Assembly: GCA_951406725.2 (NCBI GenBank)
Contig: OX597816.1
Coordinates: 151,900,001 to 151,964,000 of the forward strand
Length of the DNA: 64,000 nucleotides
Origin: Octopus vulgaris
Taxonomy: Eukaryota
Reading direction: 5' to 3'
Part shown: piece after piece, positions 25,430 to 38,784 of the stretch
Position numbering within the stretch: the first letter of the stretch is position 1
Layout: every line of letters begins with the position of its first letter
Translations under genes and position numbers: made by a program
Notes under the pieces: model-generated
The model's input: only the letters and a program-made list of their open reading frames with translations
What the model was told of the DNA's origin: nothing
The model's database searches: none

Positions 25430-27050
25430 TAACTGTTTAAATTTTCCTTAACATTGTTTAGGTAATGCTATAAGTCAGTGGGAGCTAAGGAGGAGATGTA
25501 AGGAAAAGACAATGGTGGACTGAAAGTATTTGCGAATGCTACGTGTCCAATTTCGATTATTACTGAGAGTTGCCTTCAACACACTGATTAATTTTTAGAA
25601 AGTTTGTGACATCTAAGCAGGTGGTTAAAACCAACCTTCTAGATATGTCCCATTCTTTGCACAACCTGCAAATTTTCATTCAAATTTCAACAAAGCCTTC
25701 TAGTCCCTGGCCGAGGGGATCTCCATCAACTTCATGTGATCCTCCTCTCAGTCACTTTTTCACTAAGATAGCTGAATCAGTTACAAAATCTCTCCATTTG
25801 CTACTCACTGTACTTCCAACCAATCACTCAATGAAACTTATTTTTAAACTTTTTCCTCATTACAAGTCTTAATACAGTCATCAAGGGAAAATTCTTATTT
25901 CTTCAATAAGGCTTTTGATCCTAATGGATCTATTATATCACCCTCAAACAGTGTGCATCATTGATAGATTCTAGTTTTGATAAACTTTTCAATCTCTTTC
26001 TTCTTCAACAGGAATGTATCCCAAAGAGCCTCTTCTCTGACCTTGAAATCATTCAACCAATCATTCTCAATTTCTCCATTTCATAAGTTATGGAAACATT
26101 ATTTGTTAAAAATTCTTTGTTAACTAAATTCTTTCTATTCCTACATTGAGTGGTCACTAGTGTGGTTTTTACAGAAACAAGTCTACTAACGACCTGCTCT
26201 ACGATGTTGCTCACCAATGGTTCTTTGTGAGAACTCTGGTAAAAGCAATGCTGTCATACTCAACATCAGCCAACCCTTCAGCTATGCTTTATGTGAAAGC
26301 CTTTTGCAATAAATTGCCTGCTTTTCAACTATAACTACCTTCCTTTTCTCACAATGAAAGCTTTTTGTCAAACCATACTATTGTAGTATGTGTTAGGGAA
26401 ACTTTTTCCAATCCACATTCTATTTAATCTAATGCACCCCAAAGCTAATTCACATTCTGTTTACTCTTGTGCACCCCAAGATCAAGTAATATTGCCCCCA
26501 CTATTTCATTTGTAAATCAATGATCGACTTGCTATCAATCCTAAGAATCTCCACTGCATATAATATTACCCTTCAGTTCCCTAACCTTTAATACTCAATG
26601 TAATCCATATGCCACCTTAACACTTCATGATAAAGACATACTGAATCCGTGGGTGGAGATCCTTGGGTGGAAACCATGAGAACTTTTTTTAAAGGAGATA
26701 TGACAATCCTGTTTCTTCTAGCAGCCCCAAAATTGAATCAGTATACATATGAAAGAAAAAGTCTTGTACCTTTCACTCTCTAATCATGAATAACGAACAG
26801 TTAAAACAATTAAAACCCTCCCCTCAAAATACGAATGATGGTCCTCTAAAATCATTGATAATCTCACTTGACAACTACACATATATATTGTGAAAACTGA
26901 ACCATATACATGTACCAGGAACTACTTAAGCGCTGATCAGTTGCTGACCTTATACTAAGCTTAAATTCAACATATAATGGAATACTGCTCCCATTTGAGG
27001 GAGTGTGCTGCTGCTGGAACCACTCATCATCATAATCCTTCGACCAACCT
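25430..27050 (+). mobile_element. Old CR1/L2/Jockey-group LINE ORF2 relic, continuing at ~29728-30010
   Basis: Decayed motifs occur in the expected order: PI.L...SKVMETL (~26057), GF.RN.ST.DLL (~26163), PQ...PLF..INDL (~26475), MEYCSHL (26977). C-terminal remnants (..FPRA) resume near 29730-29945. Confidence 0.6.
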
Positions 27051-29290
27051 ATGGATGGTCGGAACTCCATTGACAATCCTTTTCCATACTACATGGTCCT
27101 GCATTACTGTGTTCAGATCTCTAATATCCAGCCCTGAGTCCCAAGATATAGTATCTGGAAATGTCAGTTTACTGGAGAAAACACTTCCAGAGGGATGCTA
27201 TAGGAGCAGAGATGAGATAGCCTCCTTCTCTGCTCGATGACAGTGGCCAGCAAATTGTAGCCGTTTCTGCTTTGGCTTGAGGGATTTTGGTATCAGATTT
27301 CCGTAGATGTTACTAAGTGTTGAGTGTGATCCCCAACTGATGTTCTGTATCTTTCTGAGCAGGTTGGTATATGTTCCATCTAGTTGTTCTTCTAAGAGAG
27401 CTGATAAGGTCTCTGATCCATAGAGAAGGACTGGTTCAATCAGTGTTCTAAATGTTTTAACTTTTAACGTGGGTGGAAGGTTTGAGTGCCAGATCTTCTC
27501 AAGTCTGTTACATGCATTGCAAGCAAGAGCTTTGCAGATGCGAAAGTCCTTTTGGGAGTCTACTATGTCTGATCCAAGATATTTGAAGTCATCAACGTTT
27601 TTGATTGATATATTATTGAGTGATTTAAGTTCAGGTAACTTGGAGGAGGTCGTGATAAACCCTGTCTTACTCTCATTGCAGTAAAGCTGACCTTCTTTGC
27701 TGCTTTCTCCAGTTCTTGTAACAAAGATTCTGCATCTTTCATACAATGGGATGTCAAGGTAACATTGTCAGCAAAGTCAAGATCAGTTAAATATTGTGCA
27801 CAATGCCAACTGCTCTGGTGAGGTTTCAAAAGGAGTCCCTTTTCCTCCATACTGTCTAGAGAAATGTGTAGAACATAGTTGAGAACAATGATGAACAAGA
27901 AAGGAGCGAGTGTGTCACCCTGCAGAACACCTGCTTCAGTTTCAAAGAAATTCAAAGAAGTCTCTCCATTAGGAGATATAACTATGGCTGTGGTGTTTGT
28001 GTACAATGCTATGATAGCATCAACAATCCTGGGAGGAATACCATAGAGTGCAGTGCAAGGATATTAAACATAAGATCTCTACTCATAGAATCAAATGCTT
28101 TGTGAAAGTTGACAAAACAGATTGTGACACTCTTGTTAAACTTTCTCATTTCTTCCAGTATGTGACAGATGGAAAGGATTTGAGCAGTTGCTGACCGGCC
28201 CCTTCTAAGTTCATTCTTATTCTTACAAAGAAGTGGATCGAGCATCGGTATAATCCTATTAAGCAGAAGTTTGTTATAAACTTTTGCTGAAATTGGGATG
28301 AGAGTAATGCCTCTATAATTTGCTGCACTTGTTATATCACCTTTTTGGAGGACAGGGACAATTCTACCCTTCAACCAAGCTAATGGAGGCAAATGATGGG
28401 CATATGTGTTGTTGCAGAAACCTAGTAAAATTTCATGAAATATTGGATCTTGCCACAGTAATGTTGGTATGTTATCCAGTCCTGAAGATTTATTGTTAGC
28501 AAAACTACCGAGAGCTACTTTGAGCTTGTCCAATGTGTTGATGCCTAATGCATTAGATATTTGATGTAGAGGAAGTAGAAGGCTGATAGTTTGTGGTAGT
28601 TCTCCAAGAAATTTCTGAAAGTGGTCAAACCAGTTGGTCTTGTGTTTCTCAGAGGAACCTTGGGAGATTTTCATTGCAGAAGTCTAATAAGTTGGTATCT
28701 ATCAAGGTTGGTATACTTCAAATCTGTGTCAGGGTGATGATGCCTATGTTCTTGGATGCTTAAGATATCAACTTTGTTCTTCTTTACTCAATGCAGAAGT
28801 TCTTGTTTTCTGCTTGTCTTTGATAAAGTTCGTGAGTTGAAAGTGCTGTAGACAACAGGTCGTTTGCACTTCATAAATTTATTTGTTGTTCCTGCATCTA
28901 CATCTACCTCTTCACAGCTACCCCGCTCTAAAAAGTTTAGAGGTAGCTGGTCATACATTTCATGGGAAACAAGGTGAGAATTTGGAACTGAACAAGCAGA
29001 GGCTCAAACCCTGGTGCTGCAAGTGAACGTTATGGTAATTCTTTTGGTAGCTGATACAGAAGTGGAGTGCCAATCATACATCCAGGTATTTTTTACATAC
29101 GAGACACTATCTCAAGGGAAATTGATGTCCAAGGCTTAAAACTTCTCCCTAGCCATGAAGTAAATTTATCCTGCACCAGACACCAACTGGGTATTTCTGT
29201 TCTGCAGTTGGTTTTTCTTATATGAGACTTCTTTCTCTTAGGCAGACTGCTTTCACCTCGACTCAGGGAATCCTGTCTATCTCATTCCAT
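27050..29290 (-). mobile_element. RTE-clade LINE RT pseudogene nested in the CR1-like relic
   Basis: Frameshifted ORFs 28009-28674, 27563-28006 and 27198-27746 give NYRGITLIPISAKVYNKLLLNRI, FVNFHKAFDS, GVLQGDTLAPFLFIIV, DLDFADNV (catalytic loop mutated), VDDFKYLGS, LIEPVLLYGSET and RLQFAGHCHR. Confidence 0.92.
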
Positions 29291-29474
29291 CTATGCAGGG
29301 CATGGATGTTATGCTATGTGGGGTGTACCCCCACATACCCCAATCTCAGATAGAAAGATGAAGATAAAATACAGATAAGAAAATAAAATAATTCAGGTAT
29401 GTAGAAGTATATAAAAATTAAAAATTTTATACAATATATAAAACACAACACCCACAAAAATACACACACAACAA

Positions 29475-29514
<40 letters not shown>

Positions 29515-31574
29515 TTCACACACTCGTCACAATCAAACATTGTTGAATTGGCCGTTGACTACACAGTAGTTCTTCCACCCTTTGACAGGTCTTATTTTTC
29601 ATCCCGCAGAGTGTCTAATGTCACCCTCCTCACCAAGCAAGCTTGATGGGGTTGCCAGTTTAACTGCTGATGACCCGACCATATGACAGGTTGTACGGGG
29701 GTTACATGTTATCAGTAGCACTAAATTCCTAACTAGACCATTTAAATGGTTAGCAAAACTTTAAGCATTCCCTCACCAAAGTACTGTTTCATATATCTGC
29801 CTCTTCTGTCTCAACTACAATACCCTCTGTTCCTCTCCATTGTAGCCATCACCATTACAATGTTTCCCCTACCGTATCTAAACACTGCACCCAATAATCT
29901 CTCCTGAGAAATGCAGCCTTCTGTGTTTTTCCTAGAGCTACCTGTATTTCAAAAAAACTAATTACATCCGTCTACAAAGGTCATTGGCACTTTCCATCAT
30001 TCTCAGATTATTTCATACACACACAAAAAAAGATGAAAAACTTTTCATTTTCAAAAATATTATTAAAATTAATTTACATTTTTATACTTCTTTGCAGTTA
30101 ATAAAAAAAATAAAAACAACAATATACTGCAGTAGGAGGGTAATTTTTCACAACTGAAGTTTGGTCCCCATCACATACATTTTTGTAATTTAATCATGTT
30201 TTATGACCTCTAAAGATAGTGAAGAATGTATAATAGTTGTGGTTGTGGTGGTTGTGTAGTAAAAGTAGAGGTGGTAGTTACAGATTTTTGTTTCTTTTTG
30301 TTCTATTAGAATAAAATTTATGACTTTTAAGCATTGTCTTTACACTGAACATGATCTCAAAAATAATTAGGTTTGTTAAATTAATTTCACAAAAAGTCTC
30401 ATCTTATGGTAATTAACTCGCAAGTAAGATAAATTTTCGAAAATATCATTTAACAAACTGAATCTGGAGTTAATTTTATTTAATTTGGCAATTTACTTAA
30501 TGTCATTTTGAATTAACTTCTTTTGAGTAAATACTAACGAGAGGGAAAGATTGTGGCCTAAAAAGAAGGCTTAGGGTGAAGAACATGAGCCATGGTGAAA
30601 TTTAAGAATTGTGCAAGAATATAGACTACTGTAGAGCACAGGAATTATGATAAAGATAACTGTGGTAAAGAGAACAAAGACAGGAAGTTTAAAAATAAAT
30701 GATAATGTGGAGAAAAGAACTAAATTGTAATAGAATGTAAAAACTATTATTGAATATGAGGACTGTTATAAAGACATTGTGGTAAGACAGCAATGATGAA
30801 GTCTAAAACTGAATGACTATGTAGAGAAAAGAACTGTTGTAGGATAACAGTAATAGACAGTAAGAAGTGTGATAAACTATGAGAGGTGTAATGAAGTCAC
30901 TTGTAGTATAATGTAGTATGACATAGTATGACAGAAGAGGTATGGTAAAATGGAAGTTTTGGTAAAAACAGTCAAAGAAGGCACAAAATCTAACTTTTGT
31001 TTCATTAAGATTTACTGAGGATTGTCTTCCTGCAATGGAGTGTCTTTTGAGAAAAGTGAACTAAAGAATCTGGACATGATTCCAAAATAACATGGCCTGA
31101 AAATGGGAGGTTATAAGCAGACTACCAGAGCAAATATTGTCAGTTGAGTCTTTCAGTTCTAACCAAAACCACCGCTTCTGCCTTCACCACCACATCTGCT
31201 GCTGCCACCACTACCACCACCACCACCACCACCACCAACACCATCACTACCACCACCACCACCTAGTATAATAACACTACCTTCTACCTTTGGTGCCTTT
31301 AGTTGAGTCCACACCCTCATTGAAAGCATTCAGGCAGTTCTCTGGTTTGAGGATAGCTTCCCTTCTTCTCTCCCTCCCTCCATCCCTCCCTCCTTTCCTC
31401 CCTCCTTTCCTCCCCTCCTTCAGTCTTGGAGACCCTGTAATGAGTCATCGGAACGAACTACTCTCCTAACTAAAAGCTAAAAACAAAAATACAATCAAAA
31501 GCTATTTATTATCCTCTCATTTCTTCGTCTATTCTTGACCATTTTACAAGTTAAAGCATTCAGTACATATTCTA

Positions 31575-31871
31575 TTTATTTCATCAACATCGTCATCATC
31601 ATTGTTGTTGTCATCATCATCATCATCGTCTAATTCATCATCAACCTCATCATCATCATCATCATCATTCTCATTACCATCATTGTCATCGTCATCATTT
31701 CATCACCATCATGATCATCAACATCATGATTTTTGTTGTCATCATCGTTATCATTACTATCATCATGATCACGCATCACCATCATCATTATTGTCATCAT
31801 CATCGCCATTGTCATCACCACCACCACCATCATCATCATCACTGCTATCATCATCATTGTCATCATTGTTG

Positions 31872-31904
<33 letters not shown>

Positions 31905-31905
31905 C
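31575..31905. repeat. Long degenerate (CAT/CAC)n tract at a retroposon 3' end
   Basis: ~330 bp of catcat/caccac repeats directly abut ctttacatctgctttccatgctggga, a minus-strand RTE-type terminus. Confidence 0.85.
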
Positions 31906-32570
31906 TTTACATCTGCTTTCCATGCTGGGATAGGTTCAACAGGTTGACATGGTCTGACTCATCTCTCACTGAAACCTCTTCATCCATAGACTGTTGCTCG
32001 TACCTAGTCATTTGGCTTAATTTCTATGGTAGGAAGCCTTTTGTATTGCCAATTTTAAAGAGTGTTCTGTATGCATTTTCTCACGGCACCAAAAATAGAG
32101 GGTCTGAATAGTTCTGAGCAAAACAGCATCAGAAGTTAATACAATTCTATATTTATGAAGTCAAGAACTTATAATATGTTATACTGATTATGTTATTTAG
32201 ACTGGTGTCTTCATCTTGTTTGTGACTTTCACTACACTTTGGCTGTTGTATGTTCCTGCCTTCTTCGGGTGTCTTGTGATTCCCCTTAGTGCCTTTGCCT
32301 GCGATTGAACTATATCTATGGGCATAGTACAGTGGATAAAGGTGTTGGTTAATGGGAATATTTCCTTGTTTGGAAATAGGTGAGGGTTGGCTTCAGGAAG
32401 AGCATCCAAATATAGAAAAATCTGATTCAATGAAGACTTGTGTGATCTAAGCAAGCATGGAAAGGCAGAAGTTAAAATGGCAATGGCAACAACAACAATG
32501 ATGATGATCATCATCATGATAATCATCATCATGATCATGATAATGACCGCAATAATGGTGGTGGTGGTGG

Positions 32571-32603
<33 letters not shown>

Positions 32604-32904
32604 CACCACCGCCACTGCCAGCACCACCACTGCTGCTGATGATGATATTCAAGCTGACCCACTGATAATGGAGATCCCATCCACAGAATGAAACAAGAAC
32701 TACTTGGCAACCAATGTTACTATAGTAAATATTCCAGACACAGAGTCTTCCCTTTCATCATTTCAGTCTACATAAGTTTTCTCTCTCTTTCTCACCTCCA
32801 CTTTCTCAGAATTTCTTTGTTTCATTTCTCTCTCTCACCATCTCTTTCTGTCTCTCTGTTTCTGTTTTCCTTTTCTCTCTCACCCTCTATTTCATTCTTT
32901 CTCT

Positions 32905-32948
<44 letters not shown>

Positions 32949-33518
32949 CTCTCTTTTCCCTTTTTAACATAATGGCTCTCTCTCACTAACACACCCTTTT
33001 CTCTCTCTCCCTCCCTCTCTCCCTCTCTCTCTTCCTGTCTATGCCACACACTCTCTTTCCTGGAAACCTATCAATTAGTATTTTGTCATCATAAATTATT
33101 CAGTTTTCCTTCTAACCTTGAATGAATAATTTCTTGAAAGCCAGACATGTTTGTTTTTTAGTCGAGAGCAAAAACAATTGACAGATGACTGGTAAAATAT
33201 TATAAAGTTACCAGCTGTCCCTGACTGTCACTTTAAGCCAGCAAAATATATGTTGTGAAGAACTTAAATGAAAAGAAAAAAAAAAACTCACTGAAAAAGT
33301 TAATTTATGATTCAGATCTTGTTAAAAAAGGACATTTTATGAGAGCCAATGAGCATCCAGATCAATAGCAGGGAACCCTTTGAATATGAAGGGCAAATTA
33401 AAAGTGCATGCACACTTGTGGGAGATAGATGTGTTAAGAAAAATAAATCATTAAATTTTACAAATTTAGTGGTATCCGCAGCTTAAATTGCTCTTTTGGT
33501 CTTGAGGCTGTAACCATT

Positions 33519-36510
33519 TTATTATTATTATCATTCATTTTTTTTCTGAAAGTCTCTTGGATAGTACTTAATTACCAGTTATTCTTTACTTGAAAGCAGG
33601 CAATAACAAATTGCCAAAGGTTTCAAGTAGTGCCTTTTCCTGTGACTCAAAGAGACAATACTCTCCTTAGAATGTGAGCTGTACCCAACAATGCTGTCTT
33701 CTGGATCACCTTGAGCCTGACAGAAGCTCCAATATTTTTACTGTTTTTCAAATCCCTTGGAAACTGCTCCTAAAGCTCCAACTACCACTGGTATCAACAT
33801 TACTTTCCTCATGCCCCATAACTTTCCTGTCTTGTCCCGCAGTGGCTAGTATTTCTCAATCTTTTTTGTTTCCTTACATTTCACCCTCGAATCCCGTGGT
33901 ATTGCAACATCTATTATCTTTACTTCTTTTTCATCTTTATGGATGAGCACGATATCTGGTCGTCTCGCCTCTATGACTTGGTTGCACTGGATGTTAAAAT
34001 CCCAGAGTATTTTGTAATGTTTGTTTTCCATTATTCCCTCTGGCTTATGATCATACCTTTGTTTAGCTCTCTTGAGGTTTGCTTTATTGCACAACAGCCA
34101 GTGGACATATCTGGCTACATTGTTATGTTGCCTTTTGTATTTGCATTGTACAAGCTTACAGCACACTAACAATATGGCTTATACTCTCTCTCTTCCCAAA
34201 GAACATCCTACACTGTGGCAGTCAGTGCTTTTATCAATGTGATATTTGGAGTACCTTGTTCTGAGAGCTTGTCCTTGAGTGCTGCACACTAATGCCTCAG
34301 TGGACCCTTTTAAGTCTCCTTTCTGCAGCCATTGCCAGGCTCTATTCCAACCAATCTCATCTTTATTCTTTAAGAACTGATTGTACATTTTCTTGTCCTG
34401 TCAAATTTTCTTCATCCACTCTCTCTGGTCTTAAATTGTGTTCGATCTATAGCTTTATTCACTTTTAAGGTTCCCTGCATTTTCACTGCTTCAATCATTT
34501 CTTCTTTACTCCCCTTGACATATTAATCCAGGCTATTCTCCTCTTCCCTTACACAGCCTTCACTACACACCAATCCCTGTCCACCTTCTTTCCTCTTTAC
34601 ATACAATCTTGACACATCACTCTTGGAATGTAGTTCCTTGTTCATTGTCATTAATTTACATATTTTCTGGTCTATCTCTTGTAATTCATGCTTCTTCCAA
34701 GATACTATTCCTGCCCCATATCTCATCAAAGCAACCGCCCATGTGTTAATTGCTCTAATCTTATAGCAGCCATTTAGCTTCGATTGGAGCACAAGCCGAG
34801 TTCATTCATCTTATCCCTTTCAATGATACCCAGGTACTTATATCCTTCCTCTCCGACTTCCTTTATAGTTTCACCACTTTCCAGTTTAATCCCATGGCTT
34901 TTACTGATTTTCTCCCTTTTGAGAATCATTACACCACATTTCTCGATCCCAAATTCCATGCCAATATCTTTGCTAATCATTTGCACAGTTGCTGTCAAAC
35001 TCACAATTTCTTTCTTAGTCTTAGCGAATAGCTTTATCTCATCCATAAACCACAGGTTGTTTACTTTCACCCTACCTAGCATGTATCCCTAATGCATCTT
35101 TCTTAAAGAGCATGTTAGTGGAAGTATACAGACAACAAATAGGAGAGGCAACAGACTGTCCCCTTGAAAGATTCCTCTTTTGATATTTACCTCGTCCAGC
35201 TTATATCCCCATACTGTGAGTTCAGTTTGTCATGTTGTCATTGAGTTTTGTATTAATTTCAGGATATTGTGGGAGACTTTAAGTAGTTTAAGGCATTCAA
35301 TAATCCATGAGTGTGGGACCATGTCATATACTTTCCTGTAATCCACCCATGACATCACCAAATTTTTGTGTCACTTCTTGCAATCAGCCAGGATGGTCTT
35401 ATTGATTAGCAATTGACCCTTTGTTCCTCTGCTTTTACGTCTAGACCCTTTTTGTTCCTTGGCAGTAGGTCGTTCTCATCTATGTACTTATAGAAGCTGT
35501 TTGATATGATGCCTGTTATCAGTTTCCACATCAGTGGCAAACAAGATATAGGTCAGAAATTTTCAACTGCCTTCCTTTTACTTGGGTCCTTCTGGCATAG
35601 TACTGTCCTTCCTTTTGTCATCCAGACCAGTACTTGGCTGTCACTACTCAGTATTTCCTCCATCTGTCTCGCAATTCTCCTGTGCAGAGCTGTCAAGTTT
35701 TTCAGCCCAAAGCCCTGAACCCCAACCAGGCACTTTCCAGTTAGGAATTTTCTTGCACTGATCTCTAATCATCTCAGTTATCCTCAAATCCTCCTGCTGA
35801 TACTCTCCTCTCTCCTCTTTGAGTGTCTTTAAGCACTCTGCTTCAGTTTCATGTTGTTTCTCCCAAGGCCATGTTGTTTCTCATATGTTTGACCAGAATC
35901 TTTTGCTTTCTTCAGCATCTGGCACAGCTTTTTCACTTTTTTCTTTCCCACCCAGTTCCTAATAGATATGTTTATGATTTTGTTAGAAAAGTCTATTTAA
36001 TCTATACTGCTCAATTCTTTGTTCATATCTTTTTAGCTTATGTGCTTTAGCTTTCAACCTCTGTTTTAATTCCTCAATCACAACATTGATTCTCTTTCTC
36101 TTTACCCTATACTTCCTCTTTAGCTCAACATATTTCTCTCACTGAACTTCATTTCTTTTTTCCATTCCAGAATATTAATATGTTTTCTGGTCTTGTTAAT
36201 AGAATGTGTTATACTCTTTTTCCACCATGGTTCCTTCAGGTTATATTGACATTTACCTGTGGCTTTCAAACCTAACTGCCAGGCTATGAAGATCGAGATT
36301 GCATTTATTAGACTGTTGGTGTCTGTGATGTTGTTATTCTTGATATCACCAGTGATATCATTTATCTTCTTGACCCATTCATTGAGTTATTTTTTGTCTA
36401 CTTTTTTAAACCCTGTATGAAATCTCTGTTCACCAGAGGTCCAAATATCAATGATTTCATTTAAAATGGATATCTGTTCCTCGGTTTTCTTATACACCCT
36501 CCTCACAGAG
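33519..36510 (-). mobile_element. R4/Dong-clade non-LTR retrotransposon pseudogene (RT, CCHC knuckle, restriction-like endonuclease) with (TAA)n tail
   Basis: Fragments include KRGIFQGDS (~35155-35185), VNNLWFMDEIKLFAK, YKYLGI, AINTWAVALMRYGAG, RLYVKRKEGGQGL, RQHNNVARYVHW and ILWDFNIQ...RRPDIVL...IIDVAIP...KIEKY. A (taa)n tail lies at ~33519-33532. Confidence 0.9.
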
Positions 36511-36800
36511 CATGCTCTGTGGGGTTGTTGGTTTAGTTGCTGACGTCCTGACCAAAAAAAATTAAAATAAAAAATAAAATAAAATAAAATAATTGCCTCA
36601 CTCCCAGTTTGAATAGAGGTGGTGGTTTTGCATTGACCTCATAGCAAAGTGGCCTTTTCATTACAGTAGCTAGATAGGAATATTTGGAGGAGATAAACAA
36701 AAAAAAAAAGAGGAAGAAGAAATGTTTTAATGACTTTCTTTGGCATTGTACTGCTAGCCTCAAGGCAAAGTGGTCTTTTCATTACAGTAGCTAGATAGGA

Positions 36801-36839
<39 letters not shown>

Positions 36840-36842
<3 letters not shown>

Positions 36843-37333
36843 TAGTTTTATTTTTATATTGTGCTTTCACTTCACTACCAAGCGCAGCTCTGTGTGCCTT
36901 GGGTATGTGCTGTGGTTTGTTGTGATGTTCTTATGGTTACTGCATTGAAAGTGTTTTGCGTAGGATGTGTGCAGTGCCCAGTAGTGCAATTTTTTGTATG
37001 TTATATATATTTGTAAGTCCTGGTGTTTTTGTTATGTATTTGTCTGAATATTTTTTTATCATACCTAATGCGCCTACTATGATAGGAATTGTTTCTGTTT
37101 TTAGATTCCATATTTGAGTTACCTCTATTTCCAGGTCTTTGTATTTTGAAAGTTTCTCCATTTCTTTTAGAGAAACGTTGTCATCTGCTGGTATTGATAT
37201 ATCAATTAGAAAGCATTTTTTTCCGTCATGATCTCTGACAACTATATCTGGCCCATTGGCATTAATTTCTCTATCATGGCTGCTTTCTCATTTTCTGTAA
37301 CCTTTTCTGGCATGTACCTATACCATCTTTTTC

Positions 37334-37335
<2 letters not shown>
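36840..37335 (-). mobile_element. Second, younger R4/Dong-like 3' fragment flanked by (TAA)n
   Basis: GPDIVVRD...LIDISIPADDNVSLKE and MEKLSKYKDLEIEVTQIWNLKTETIPIIVGALG...IQKIALLGTAHILRKTLS*, then a 3' UTR and (aat)n. (tta)n tracts lie at 36802-36839 and 37336-37451. Confidence 0.88.
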
Positions 37336-37419
<84 letters not shown>

Positions 37420-37451
37420 TTATCATCATCATCATTATTATTATTATTATT

Positions 37452-38005
37452 GAGTGAGAGAGCAGTTCATGCCATCAAAGTGACACTGGGGTAAAATATA
37501 CGAAGCCCAATATACCCATCATGACTACCCGTCTGATAAAGGTACACCAGGCACATGCATCACAACCATATGTGCGCGACATGGTGATCTCATATCAAGA
37601 TAAACAGCACATGACCTTGCAGGTGGGGCCCAGTTAGAATTTTCTTCAGGTTGAGTAGCCCATCCCGCTCAAACGGTCCCTGAATAAGGGTTGCTTAAGG
37701 ATGTTGAAAGAACCACCCATGTTTCCAGAGGTGAACTATTCAAACCCCAAAGAATCCCTCTCAACACATGGCTATGATGCTCCCCCACTACTTCTGCTCG
37801 TGATCAGAGATGCACATATCGTCAGCCACTAAGAGACATGCTCAACTGGTTAAGGTCAAACAACTGACAAGCAAATCTGTGGTATTGAGCAGAATATTTG
37901 CTGTAGCCCATCTTTTATACCAAGACAAAACAATGTACATGATAACACTTCCAATCAGTTAAGATCAGAAGCCATGAGAGCCACTGCCTGGTACTGCATC
38001 AGGGC

Positions 38006-38008
<3 letters not shown>
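37452..38008. mobile_element. ~555-bp non-coding element inserted between (TTA)n tracts
   Basis: A higher-GC, CpG-retaining block with sharp boundaries against (tta)n on both sides and no ORF. Confidence 0.6.
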
Positions 38009-38097
<89 letters not shown>

Positions 38098-38439
38098 TTA
38101 TATGGCTTTCAGAATCTTTATCAGCATGTAGTTACTAATTTAAATGCTGGCCATATTATTGCACCTATTATTTATAGCAACCAACCAACCACCACCACCA
38201 CTATCGCTTGACATTCATTTTTCCATGATTGCATGGGTCAAATGGAATTTACCGAAGCAGACATTCTATGGCTGGATGCCTTTCTTCTCACCAGCCCTCA
38301 ACCACTTCTGAGTAAGGTATATTTTCTTATAGCCAGGAATGTTTTTCATGGAAGACTAGAAGCAAACAACCTTACTTGTATGACAATGATACTCATTTAC
38401 AGCCATCAAATAATGTTTAGATAAGTGTATACACATGCA

Positions 38440-38720
38440 TATATATATATAGGGAGAGTTCACAAAAAAAAACAAAAGGTGAAGACAGGTGGTGTAGAAA
38501 ACAAACAGATGTATTAGTATAGCACTCAGGAATTGAAAATGTCTTTTACGTTTTGAGCCTACGCTCTTCAACAGAAAAGAACACAGAAAAATACAAGGAG
38601 AGAAACAAGGAGAGAAACAAGGAGAGAAAAAATGTGTGTAGTGGCTACCGATCTATCATGGCAACTGCCGGACAGAAGGGTCACACAGGAGAGCGAAGAA
38701 GTAGGGGAGATAACAAAGTA
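38440..38720 (-). mobile_element. Penelope pseudo-LTR-like fragment containing a degenerate minimal hammerhead motif
   Basis: Similar to 7590-7840 (tattagtat...cactcaggaa...aaatgtcttt.ac.ttt). Minus strand 38540-38578 reads tttt-CTGTTGA-A-GAGC-gtag-GCTC-AAAA-CG-TA^aaaga. Confidence 0.55.
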
Positions 38721-38784
38721 AAGATGACCCCCCACAATGAAGGTGAGTGCGTGTATAAGAGAGTACGTGTATATATGTGTGTGT

